From Chrysemys picta bellii (lineage: Eukaryota): DNA of 64,000 nt. The notes beneath the pieces were generated by a model. That model saw nothing but the letters and a program-made list of their open reading frames with translations, was not told where the DNA came from and did not search any database. Positions 49,246 to 61,121 of the stretch are shown here, piece after piece. Position numbers and translations under genes: made by a program. Each line of letters starts with the position of its first letter. Positions within the stretch are counted from its first letter, which is position 1. The DNA lies in contig NC_088791.1 of the NCBI RefSeq assembly GCF_011386835.1, positions 350,424,001-350,488,000 on the forward strand. The letters are read 5' to 3'.

Positions 49246-50617
49246 GACTGTGTCCCTGTTCCCCATTCCCCATTCCCTGTTCCTTAAGGAATACCATGCA
49301 ATATTTCCTGATAAATTTTATATTCTCTACTGGGTTAGGACCCCGCCCCCTTCTAATCAGTATACCACATACCACCACTGCCAAAGTCCCATGGGGGGAT
49401 CAGCGGTACAATTTTCGATGGGTATATCGTTAAGGCCCTTATCTGCCTTATTACCACAACTTGGGGGCGTAGCAGTCCACGTGTGTTCCCTCCTTCTGCC
49501 ACTTCACATCGTGGGATCTGGGCAGGGTTAACAATAGTGACAATTGTGATGAGCAACAATGCTTGTTCCATTTCAGGCCACAAAATCCTTGGGTTCCCCT
49601 TTGTAGGTCCACCTATAAGATGCATGTAACAATTTATACGTCCTCCTTAACCCCCATTTTGTGCCCTTTTATTTGCACTTGATTTTCCAGCTTTGGTAGA
49701 CAGCTTCCCAGGCAGGTCAGACCATGCTTGACTTGTTTTCCCACCTCCCTTTCCTGGAAGGCCATAATCTGAGTCTTTTTGCTTACAAATAGCTTGTTTG
49801 CTGACCAGGTATATTTATTATTTGCAGCTCCTCCGTGCTGCCATTTATGGGCAGTTCTCTCCTTCTCCTATCAGCTAGGTCATTTGCATCCACACAGATG
49901 CTTTCTGGCTTGCTTTTGGATCCAAAGCTATTAGCAGCTCAGAGACTCTGTCTTAAAAGCGACACAATTCACTTCCACCAGAGTTCTGATTACTGTTCAC
50001 TTTTAACTCCTGCTTCTAAAGCACACGGCCACCTGAAAAAGCGAGCACAACCTATCATGGCTCATTTTGGAGCCCTAATAGAATTTTAATCAAGTAGCAT
50101 GTTTTGTTTGCATTTCTTTTATCCCTTCTACAACATACAATGCACATGTTCCGGGAAAATGCACCCCCCCCACACAGTTCAACTCTACAACATTATATTA
50201 GCCACATCAACTTTCACAAAAGTTGTAACTGCCTCCCTCGTGCGCACTGAGTTCTCATCCACCCCCACGAAAGCGACAGTCTGATCACCCAGAGCCACCC
50301 CAAGGCTCAGTGTTCCAGACATTGCTCCCCTTTTCCTTCTCTTTTTCCTGTGCACACACGCAGAAAGATCCAGAATGTCTCCCATATCCCCTGGCCCCGG
50401 CCGCCTCCCACCAGCCACAACTTTGGTCTTTATTTAAAAACATATTAAACTTTATAAGGCATTGAGGTACCTTAAAGGTTATATGCTAAATACCAAAACC
50501 AAACAACACTAGTTACCTGAGTCTGGCAAACAGTGTCTGTCAGTTTTGCAACTTTGAATGAAAGATTCAAATGGATTTAGTGCCATTGTTTTTTCTTTAT
50601 TAAAAAAAAATATCTTA

Positions 50618-51035
50618 AGCCCGGCATGGGCAAACTAAGGCCCGGGGCTGCATCTGGCTCTTCAGACATGTTAATTCAGCCCTTGAGCACCCGCTGGTGA
50701 GCAGGGTCCAGGCCTTGCCCCGCTCCAGCGCTCCAGTCAGGGAGCGGGGTTGGGGGCTTGCCCCGCTCCATGCATCTCGTGGCTCAGCGTGGCTCCTGGA
50801 AGCAGCGGCATGTCCCCCCTCCGGCTCCTACACGTAGGGGCAGCCAAGGGGCTCCGCATGCTGCTCCTGCCCCAAGCACCATCCCCATAGCTCCCATTGG
50901 CCGGGAACCGCGGCCAATGGGAGCTGCAGGGGCAGCACCTGCAGATGGGGCAGCGTGCAGGGCTGCTTGGCCGTGCCTCCGTGTAGAAGCCAGAGGGGGG
51001 GACATGCCGCTGCTTCTGGGAGCTGCTTGAGATAT
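50618..51035. mobile_element. hAT-type MITE with a nested palindrome
   Basis: Starts GGCATGGGCAAACTAAGGCCCGG; central CCCATTGGCCG..CGGCCAATGGG hairpin flanked by ~45-bp inverted arms. Confidence 0.65.
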
Positions 51036-53977
51036 GAGCCAGCAAGCAACAAAAGACCAGAAGTCCGAAGTGCAGACAATGCGATGCTTATTGGGGTTAG
51101 TTTCCAAGCAAGCATAATTCGAACCCCTCACACCAACCTGGCTTATCTCCGTACGCTGAAAAAGTCTGCTCCCCAGTGTTCCCTTCCCAGCTCTGACACC
51201 ACAGAGTGTTTACTTCATGTCCCCCTTCCCAGCTCTGATGCCGCAGAGCCTTGCCTGTGTCCCCATTCCCCATTCCCTATTCCCTATTCCCGTTCCCCCC
51301 CCTTAGCAAACATGATTCCAATTTCCCTTCCCCCCACTTCCTGTCTGACCACAGTTTATATAGTAAGATTCTCAACTATACCTTAACCAATCATTTTACT
51401 GAAATTTAACTAAGCAATCATAACGTACTGTAACATAATTCTCTAACCATGTATATCTCACTACCCTAATTAACTTACACCTAGCAAAATTAATTATATA
51501 GCAAAGAGAAACAATCAGAGAACCAGACAGATTAACAATAGAAAAGTGGGGGCCATAAAGATAAAACAATACAGAAATGAGGGTTTCACAACCACAGACA
51601 CTTCAATCAGCCTCTGTGCAGATAGCTAATGTGATAGCAGGGCTGGTGCTACCGTTCAGTTGGGAAGCATCAGTACACATCCCCTGTGATTTGGCCTCCT
51701 GCATTTTGCCACTGGCCGTGACGGGGTTAAAGTTAGTGCACATTAAGCCTGGAAGTTGTGGTTCCCTGATGGCCAAGTGGCCCCCAAAGGAATGTGCAGG
51801 CATGCTTCATAAACACAGTTCCCTCCCTGTCTGAACACATACTGTCTGCTGCCCATGCAACCTCTCCGAAGACTCCTCGTCCTTTTGGATGAAGACCTCT
51901 GGTGTCAGCGGCTCCCCTTCTAGCAGGAATTGGGTACGTTGGCAGGTTTCACTATCTTTAAAATGCGAAGTGATGTGTAAAGGCTACAAGCTGTTTTCAT
52001 TTGCAGATGTTCTGTGCAGTGGCAGACGACTCAGCTGGGCTGTCGGGGCGACTTAGTGACAGGGCCGGAGGGCAGGAAGCGCTAGGTAGCTTGGAAACCC
52101 CTCCCCTACAGCTGCCCATGCTAAATGGTGCATTATTCAAGCTATACAAAAATATGACTTTCAAAGTGAGCTTGGAATGTTAAATTGCCTTGGGCTTATT
52201 TACTACTGGAAATTTTATCAGCAAATACATTTTCAGAGATTTTATTGTCTGGCTCCATTGTGACCACAGGAATTCAGAGCTGCCTTGGTCTGTGGTAACA
52301 GGTCCGATAGGGCATATTTTAATTACTGGACTAGCTGAGGGATCTAGAATCTCCTCAGAGCTACAGGGCTACTGGCATCTCTGCCCCGTCTCTGGTCTAC
52401 AAGTGCCAGATGTCAGGCCTTGTGCCCTGCCCTCTCTCATGGGGTGGAATCCCACGACCCTCCCACCCTCAGACTGGGCCCTGGGCTACAGCACACTGTG
52501 GGTCGATTGTGCTTGCCCAGGAGTTCCCAGTGGGTTTGGCACCTGTAGTTCTTCCCTTTGGGAGTCTGCGACTAGTGGAGAGACGAGTGGCCAGCCAGCC
52601 TTCTTTAAACAAAATACTGTTTAATTTGAACAATAGAAATAAGGTGTAACATGGGAGAATAAGAGGGTTTTCAAAGAATAGTCTGTGCACGTCTCTGTCC
52701 CCCCCAAACCCTCCCACTCTGACGGGGACCCAGGTAGTCCGAGGGCCTTCAGACTTCCCTAATGCTGTCTCTGTGTGTGTCAGTCCGAAGAGCTTCCCAG
52801 CAACAGCTTTTCCACCTCTGGAAAGTCTCCTAGCGTTGGAAAAACAAGCTGTGTAATGTGGATGGAGCCTGGAAATCCATTCCTCCTAGTTTTTAGGTCT
52901 GGTGTGGTCTCCCAACCTCCCTGAAGTGCTAACTGAGAGAGGGCTTTTCATGAACTGTTGCTTCCCTTCCTGCTTGTTTTCCAGCATCCTGCTACTAAAC
53001 TAAGATGAGTCATACTGGTTTCACCCAGTACAGCCGTAACATAAACATCCCACTAGTTAACCCAATATAGCTATAAAGGTAACATGTAAGAACTGGGTTT
53101 AACACACACATTCATTATGGCAGCTCAGCTCCATGTCTGTCCCAATGCCGTTCCCGGTGTTATGGATTTTATGAATTCAGGACAGAGAGAGAGAGAGAGA
53201 GCAATAGACTACTTTCCTGTGGGAAATGAAGTTCCATTTCCGTTTATACTCATGCATTTGTCTTTGAAATCCACATCCTGCAAACTCTCATCATGGCTGA
53301 ATAACTGGTGCAGGGGTTACTCTGTATTAGAGTGTGAGAGCTCAGGGAATTAATATTTCCTATACTGACCCCAATGCCTGTTACCACTCCGGATACAGGC
53401 TACAGACTGACAGAACAGAACCTGAGGAGAACCACTCAGCTACTAACCCAGGGACAGAGGAGCTACTAGACTTCTGTTTGCTGGCAAGCGACCGAATGAG
53501 GGGTGAGACATTGAGATCTTTTCAGGTTGTGATGAAATCCTGAAGAGAGACACTACATTTTAAGTCCCACTGTAACCTGAGAAATCATCTTTGAGAGAAG
53601 ATCAGAGGGGAAAGAACGGGTTGACATGTGTGAACCAAAGTACAGATGTGTAAATGTTAGGTCAAAACTTTTCATTGTAATACAAATATGACAAACCAAA
53701 CTTTCATGATGTTGTATGTTGAAAGCCAGTAGCAGAGTTGTTGGAATCTCTAAAGGAACGAGCAGTGGTAACTTTACTGCTTCATGGCTTTTGCTATTGA
53801 AAGTATATCAGAAGCACTCTACATAATCGTTTTCAGTGAATAGTTGTATGATACTGTCTCTTAGTAACAGACAAGAAGTTGTTTTTTAATACTTACATTC
53901 CGGGTCGTGCGTTCAATGACTCTTGAAGACTTGTGCAAGTCTTTGCAAAAATTCCTCAGAGAACAGAACCGCTGGTG

Positions 53978-54646
53978 CAGGGCCATCCTTAAGATGTATG
54001 GGGCCCTATGCAGTATTATTAAACTGGTGCCCCTATGCCCAACGGCAGCCCGGGCTCGCATGTGTATTTTAGATAAGGGGGAGTCTTTTGAAGGATTTAT
54101 TGGAAAAAAAAAAACTATATGTCTGAAGATTCAAGCATTTAAGGCTAAAGATGAATACTCAGATTGTGCATCTAAAAATCTATGCAAGGATTATTTTGAG
54201 ATCTTATTTTATAATCTTCAACAAAGCACTAATGAAATATTTTTAAAGCAAATTTTAAACTAAGGTCCTGTAGACTAATATGTTCTGAGTAAATATGACA
54301 GTAATGCCGAACAGTTCTTGTCAGTAAATTCAGAATCTGAGAGTATATACCTGGGGTTGGCAGATGCCTGTTAAATGGTTTCATTACCGCTTGAATGGCT
54401 CTTTAACAGTTTCAGTGTTGTGCTAATAGGTCTGGCAGGCTGGAGGCTTTTTCAATTTTAAGTACTAGATCCCCTCCAGAGGAAGATTTACCAGGCTGCA
54501 GTAGCCAGCTGTGGTGGGAGCCTTCAGGAAGGGTCAGAAGAGGGATAGGAAGCGGCAGGGGGTGGACACTAAGACCCCGGGGGTGCCCCAAACTTTCGGG
54601 TGCCCTATGCAGCCGCACATGCGGCTTATGCATAAAGACTGCCCTG
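53978..54646. mobile_element. Non-autonomous hAT element (669 bp), module-5-specific
   Basis: TIRs CAGGGCCATCCTTA / CAGGGCAGTCTTTA; 8-bp TSD CGCTGGTG/CTCTGATG (6/8 match); empty site in the other modules. Confidence 0.8.
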
Positions 54647-55209
54647 CTCTGATGTGTGTTTCAGCAAAGAGTAGAGCTGAGGTATAGGAAAGGGAAGTGT
54701 AATAGTGATTGTATGTAACTTATGTCCATCACCTCTTACAGGAGCCTTGCTCAAGTAAATTGCACACTCAACTGGATATGAGTGAAAACCTAGTGTTTGC
54801 ACTATTCACCCATTTGTGATGCCGTCCCCTCCCCCGCCCAGCTGAAGTAACTCTGTGTTAGCTGGTAACTTGCCAAATATCTACAAACACCAGGACAGGG
54901 AGAGGATGTAGGTCCTGTGAAGATGAAGAGAAACCTGTAGGATGATCAGACTCGCTGGATTCAGTCTACTCTGACCAGGGAAACAGTTCAGCTTCTTTTG
55001 GAGGTATTCTTGGGGGTCAGAGTGTATCACCAGGAGCATCTGGAAAGGGAAACTAAATAAAGCCCAGTTCTGATTGAATTTACACATGTAGATCTGGAGT
55101 GATGCAGTTAAAGTGAATATTATTGAATTAAGAAAATGGCAATAAGAATTTATCTCATGTACTGCAACGAGGCAGTGGCATAATTTGAACTTTCAGGAGT
55201 GGAGAAAAT

Positions 55210-55256
<47 letters not shown>
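55210..55256. repeat. (GATA)n microsatellite, ~11-12 units
   Basis: Directly visible; absent from the paralogous sites. Confidence 0.97.
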
Positions 55257-55847
55257 TCAATCCAGGACACATAGATACAAAACCGTTTTCACCATGAACT
55301 GGCCATGTGTTTAGACTCATTTCATGATACAATGGGCCACACTCAGAAGTGAAAGGTCCCAGAAAGGGTGTCTGTGGGAAGGTCACAATTGTAAAATCAC
55401 ACAATGCTTAAGTAGGCTGCGGAACTCCAAGCCACAAGATACCAAAAGTGCCAAGAACTTAGCAGGATTCAAAGTGGGATGGGATGTTTATATGGGTATC
55501 CAATTACACTAGTGAGGATGGTTTTTAAAAGTCTGGGAAGGCCTCTAAACCTTCCTGATTTACACCACAAAATATGTCTAACTAGTGGGTGTCATGGAGA
55601 GATTTTCCGGGGGAGTAGGTTATCTCATAGCTGCCTCTTTCAGGGCTTCTTCCAGCTTCCTCTGCAGCATCTGAAACTGGTTACTGGATACTGGGCTAGA
55701 TGGACTACAGGTCTGATCCAGTCTGGAAATGCCTAGCTCCTGGGAGTCTCTAGACTTGCACTGAAAGCAGAAAGTTGTCATGTTAAATATCATTTTTTCC
55801 CTTTCAGGAAGGAAAGTTCAGAACTCCTCAGACCTGCCCAGTCCATT

Positions 55848-56783
55848 ATGTCAGCTGTCAATAACACCAAATTAACATCTGCAGTGTTCCTTCTCACTGG
55901 GATACCTGGGCAGGAAGACATACATCTCTGGATCTCTATCCCCTTCTGCTTGACATATGTCATTTCCATAGTAGGAAATTCACTCATTCTGTTCATTATA
56001 AAAACAGATCAAAGCCTCCATGAGCCAATGTACATTTTCCTTTCCATGTTGGCCGTCACAGACCTTGGCTTATCGATATCTACCATACCAACGACATTGG
56101 GGATATTATTATTTAACTCTAGGGCAGTCAGCCTTGATGCCTGTTTTGCCCAGCTGTTCTTCATCCACTCGCTTTCATACACTGAATCCTCCGTGCTCCT
56201 GTTGATGGCCTTTGACCGCTTTGTCGCGATCTCTAACCCACTGAGATATGCTTCCATCTTAACCCCACTGAGAATAGCCAAGATGGGACTTTTCTTTGTG
56301 CTAAGATCGGTGGCCCTTAACTTTCCACTTCCCTTTCTCCTGAAACGGTTCCGATACTGTCGAGCCAATGTCCTCTCCCATTCCTACTGCCTGCACCAGG
56401 AGGTCATGAAGATGGCTTGTTCAGACATCACAGTCAACAGCATCTATGGCTTGTCTATTAAACTCTTAACGGTAGGCTTAGACTCGTTGCTCATCTTTCT
56501 CTCTTATGTGATGATCCTCAAAACTGTGCTGAGTGTCGCATCCCACGCAGAGTGCCTCAGGGCCCTGAACACCTGCGTCTCCCACCTATGCGCTGTACTG
56601 CTCTTCTACACATCAGAGATTGGCTTGTCTGTGATACACAGATTTGGGAATAGCTCTTCTCACTTCCTTCAGATTCTCCTGGGATATGTCTACCTGCTGG
56701 TCCCACCCCTGATGAACCCAATCGTGTACAGCGTGAAGAGCAAACACCTTCGTGCAAGGATAATCAGGATGTTCATCAAATGA
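55848..56783 (+). CDS. Class I olfactory receptor, OR51-family-like (OR copy 5), 311 aa
   Basis: Same motifs; closest to copy 4; TM6 FYTS instead of FYxP. Confidence 0.95.
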   Translation: MSAVNNTKLTSAVFLLTGIPGQEDIHLWISIPFCLTYVISIVGNSLILFIIKTDQSLHEPMYIFLSMLAVTDLGLSISTIPTTLGILLFNSRAVSLDACFAQLFFIHSLSYTESSVLLLMAFDRFVAISNPLRYASILTPLRIAKMGLFFVLRSVALNFPLPFLLKRFRYCRANVLSHSYCLHQEVMKMACSDITVNSIYGLSIKLLTVGLDSLLIFLSYVMILKTVLSVASHAECLRALNTCVSHLCAVLLFYTSEIGLSVIHRFGNSSSHFLQILLGYVYLLVPPLMNPIVYSVKSKHLRARIIRMFIK

Positions 56784-58247
56784 AGGGTCAATTCATCACG
56801 TGATTCCAGTGCTGGTGACACGGGACATGAAAAACATGGGCCACCTATTCCATCCTGGACACTTACATCCGAGATGAAATGAGCTATTGCTCTCCACTCT
56901 GTAGAGAGAGGTTGAAAAGGGGTGAGGAAGGACAGTGAACTGGGGACAGGGTCCAAGGCAAGCAGCAGCATTTACACAGTGATTTTATTCATGGAGAGCC
57001 AGGGGACTGGTGGGATGTTGGTCCATAAAGAACCATATCAGTGGCTGCTCCGACCTCAGAATTCCTCTCAATACAGTCAATAAAGAGAAGGAACATGGAT
57101 GTTGTTTCCCATTACACCTGGCCTGTCACTGTCCTGTCTCTGGTTAAACATCCACAGGCCATGAAAAAAGTTGCAGGGCTGTTGTGCAGTTGCAGTCCTG
57201 GCCCTTCCTGAGCGCTCTGGGTGCTGCGTGATCCATCGGGGCTGCAGCAGCTGTGGACAGGGGCTATTCAACGGGAATGGACACCCACCCTTCCCCTACG
57301 CCCTCTGCCAGATGCTTGTGACTGAGTCGTGTCAGAGACATGATTAACGCAGGAGCCCCAAGTGAAGCCATTCTCACAGCCCCCCGACTCCCATTGATGA
57401 CCCCCTGTCTACCAGAACAGGGCTCCTCCCAAACCTCTATTCCCAAACCAGAACCCCTGAATCCACAGCCAGAACACCCTCCCCTCCACTTCCTTGACAC
57501 CCCCTGCTGTTGATCTGCCCCATGCTCCTCCAAACCAAACTGAATCAGGCTGCTCCACACCTGGCTGCAGCTTGGCACGTGCGGCTCCCCACTGGGCCTG
57601 GAGCACAAGAGGTCCAGAGCAGTTCAGTAGGGCAGGGGCCTCAAGTCTCCCGCAGGGGCCCTGGTGGGGGGATGGGGCAAAGGGACCCCACTTGCACCGC
57701 AGGGCCCGGGTTGAGGGGGGTCAATTGTAGCTAGGAGCACCCACTGGTCGGGGTGCCCAACATCTGGCTGCTGGTGCTGCCTCCTGCCCAGCATGCTCCA
57801 GGATCCCAATGGCCCCGGGCCTCCGTAGTCGAATAGTGGCAGGGCTGGGGCAGGCGAACAGGGTAGGGGAGCTGTATGCACAGCACCCTCCCACCAGCAC
57901 TGCCCCAGGCCAGGCAGGGGACGAAGAGCCCAGGGAGGAGGCAGGGGTTGCACGCAGGCGCAACCAAGGAGCCCAGCTGTCTGTGGCATGCAGCAGCCAG
58001 AAACCCCTGACCTGGGCTGCCGAGCCTCCTCCCGCCCTGCACTCGCTCTGCCAAGTGGTAGGAGCTTCTGGGGGGAGGAGGTAGGGGCGGAGTGGAGCCG
58101 CAGCGCCTGAGGGCTCCTCTCCACCCTCATCACTGGCAGGAGCCCTCAGCTGGCCGGCTCGCCGGTAGGAGCAAGTTGGCATGGGGGGAAGGATGCAGAG
58201 AGAAGCCCTGGGCCAGTTGGTCCAGAGGAGTGAGGGGTAGGGGCTGG

Positions 58248-58360
58248 GAGTGGAGAGGTACCAGCAGCGTGGTTGCTTGGCTGTAGAGTGGAGAGGTACC
58301 AGCAGCGTGGTTGCTTGGCTGGGAGTGGAGAGGTACCAGCAGCGTGGTTGCTTGGCTGTA
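58248..58360. repeat. 37-38-bp tandem triplication
   Basis: GAGTGGAGAGGTACCAGCAGCGTGGTTGCTTGGCTG x3 (58248, 58286, 58323); single copy in module 4 (~47970). Confidence 0.93.
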
Positions 58361-59369
58361 GCACACAAGTGGAGGGCCGGGCTGGGCCATCAGGCTGAGG
58401 CCACGTTTGAGTGTGGACCCAGAGCCATGGCACCACTGGCACCATTATTAACCCAGTACTGAGACAAACCCAGGGCATGGCGCCCTCTTTGGCGGGCCAC
58501 CCTGGGCAGCTGCCCATACCGCCCACCCCAAAGGCTGGCCCTGAAGCTGAGAGCTTAGAATGTGTCAGGTGACCTAGGGAAGTGTTAATATCCTTATACA
58601 ATGCACTGGTGAGACCTCCTCTGGCAAACTGTGTAAAAGTCTGGTCGTTCCTATTGCAGAAAGATTAATTTAAACTGGAAGAGGTGCAGGGAAGGTCTCC
58701 TTGGATGGGCAGAGCAATGGAGGACCTGGCTTAAATGGAGATGTAATGAGCATGTCTGGTTTAGCCTAACACAACGCAGGCTGAGTGGGAATTGGATTGC
58801 TCTATAAATATTGGGGGGGGGGGGGGAACACCAGGGAGAGAGACAAACTCCTGAAGCTAAAGGACAGTTTTGGCAAAAGAAGAAACGGGGAGAAACTGCC
58901 CAGGTCTAAACTCAGTCTGGGAAGGAGAAGGAGGTTTCTGACCATCCGAGGAGGAAGGTTCTGGAACAGCCTCCCAACAGGAGCAATGGGGGCGGGGGGG
59001 GACAATCCAGCTGGGTTGAAGATGGTGCTTGACAGGTTTATGCACCGGATGATATGCCAGGGTAACCTGCCATAGCTGGGGACTGGCCTCATTGACACAG
59101 GAGGTCCCTTCAAATTCAAGGTCCCTATGGGTCACATTCACCTGTTTTGCATCCACCAGGAGCTCATGTGGAGTTGCTTGTCCACTATGACCCTGCTCTG
59201 TGCCCTGGCAAATGGATTTGTCCCTCAATAGATTCAGAAGAAACCTATAACTCACTGTTATCATCTGGAAAATAATTGTTCTTGTGCTCCTGTTTAGTGA
59301 TGTCACAGGCATTTAATTCCCTGAGTTTCTCGTAATTTCAACATGCTGAGTCACCATCTGCCCCCTCCC

Positions 59370-60365
59370 CAGCCACTAGCCCCAGAGAGGAAGGATGATT
59401 TAGGGGTTAAAGTGCTGGCAGGTGACTCCTAGGAACTGACTTCATTTCCAGACTCTTCCACAGTCTTCTTCTGTGACCGTGTGCAACTCATTTAGTCCTT
59501 CTTTGCCTCAGCAATATGTGTTTTAATACAGCTCAATATAAAGGTGTACATCTAGGAACAAGGGATGCTGGGCATCCTTACCAGATGGGGGACCCAATGC
59601 TGGGAAGCAGTGACTCTGAAAAAGACTTGGGGGCTCATAGTGGATTATCAGCTGAACATGAGCTCCCAGTGCAACACTACAGCTAAAAAGCTACTGCAAT
59701 CTGGGATCTACAACCAAGGGAATCTCAAGTTGGACCAGAGAGATAATTTTACCTCTGTATTTGTCACTGGTGTGTCGACTGCTGGGATTCTGCGTCCAGT
59801 TCTGGTGTCTAAAATTCAAGAAGGAAGTTGATAATTTGGAGAGGGTTCAGAGAAGAGCCATGAAAATGATTAGAAAATGTGCCTTGTAGTGATAGACTCA
59901 AGGAGCTCAATCTAATTAGTTTAACAAAGAGAAGGTGAAGGGGTGACTTGATAACAGGCTGTAAGTACCTGCATGAGGATGAGAGAAAGTTATAAGAGGA
60001 TCCGATGGATGGAAGCTGAAGCTAGACAAATTCAGACTGGAACTAAGGTGTACTTTTTTTTTTTTTTTGCAATGAGGGTAATTAACCTTTGGAACAATTT
60101 ACCAAGGGCCGGGGTAGATTCTCTATCACTGACAATTATTAAGTCAAGGCAGGATGTAGTTCCAACAGCTCTGCTTTAGGAGTTATTTTCAGGCAGGTCT
60201 CTGGACTGTGCTATGCAGGGGTCAGACTAGAGGATCACAATGGTGCCTTCTGGCCTTCAGATCTATGAATGTTTGACTCTGCACAGTGGTGTTAGTAGCA
60301 CTACCCTACCACACGGGGTGTTGTACTGATAAATATGTTACAGATTGTCAGGCGCTCGGGCACTA
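59370..60365 (+). mobile_element. tRNA-derived SINE split by a CR1 (59515-60268)
   Basis: SINE head 59370-59511 and tail 60280-60365 (AGCACTACCCTACC..GATAAAT..GCGCTCGG) flank CR1 ORF2/3' sequence ending TCTATGA. Confidence 0.6.
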
Positions 60366-61121
60366 CAATAATTGGGGCCAGAGCTTAGTGCCTTGGAGAG
60401 ATTTCAGCTCTGTGTACCTCATCAGAGTGATTTGGGGCACTGGGTGGAGAACCTGAACTCTTCCCAACACCCCTTGGTGATGAGACTTGTCATCAGCACA
60501 GCCCCCTTTGACGAGGGAGTTCTGTGCTGAACAGAGCCCTGCTGGGCTGCCCTTTGGTCTGATCCTCACCCTCCACCTGCTCCATGAGCAATGAGAGTTT
60601 CTGTAAGTGCTGGAGGTAGACCTCACACCCTGGATCCAAATTTCCATCATCAACAAGTTTGGGGGTAGCTAAATCTGGGGGAGGGGGTTGTTCGGTCCAA
60701 TAGAGAGCTAGCAGCAGGCACTTGGAGATGGGCTTGGGTCACGCCCCTTTCTATTAAGAATGTGAATGGACTTGCTTAGCCGGCATTTGCATGTCTCATT
60801 CCTGAACATGAGGAGGAGACCCTCTGAACTGTGCCTCAGGTACTCACTGACTCTGCAAGCCAGTTCCTTTTATGTCCGGTGGTCTGTGGCCTAATCCTGT
60901 TCCTTACAACTGGGCAATCTGTAGCCCAGGGCACAGGTAAACAGCGTCTCTGCCACTCCTGGACTGTGTGACTAGAAACGTCCATTAACTAACCCTCAGT
61001 GCCTTTGTTTGTGGGTGCTCTGCTTGAGAGACGGACAGCAGCGCCAGCTCCTGGGATTTTACTGGGAGTCTCGCACTATTTCCTCTCTTTCTGAAAGCCC
61101 CAACTGCTGTGATCAAGAGAC

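Larger units (their letters stand above)
40071..51600 (+). repeat. OR duplication module 4
   Basis: Colinear with modules 1/2 upstream of the OR and with module 5 downstream. Confidence 0.8.
48769..51600 (-). mobile_element. Deleted LTR element: two related partial LTRs (48769-49285, 51038-51600), internal remnant, and a nested MITE
   Basis: Both LTR pieces share TTATTGGGGTTAGTTTCCAAGCAAGCATA and GTTCCCTTCCCAGCTC; the left end is TG; module 5 shows the empty flank (TTTTGCAT, ~59146). Confidence 0.7.
51637..60830 (+). repeat. OR duplication module 5 (5'-truncated)
   Basis: Homology starts at GCAGGGCTGG (module-1 position ~3068); its tail matches the tails of modules 1 and 2. Confidence 0.8.

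Noticed and set aside
48743-49384. ORFs with 14-aa repeated peptides (e.g. RSRGGGLRENALWD)
   Set aside because: Translation artefact of the 42-bp LTR tandem repeat; open in several frames and on both strands.
53907-54263. 118-aa minus-strand ORF
   Set aside because: Straddles the boundary of the module-5 hAT MITE, so it is a chimera of flank and insertion with no recognisable domain.
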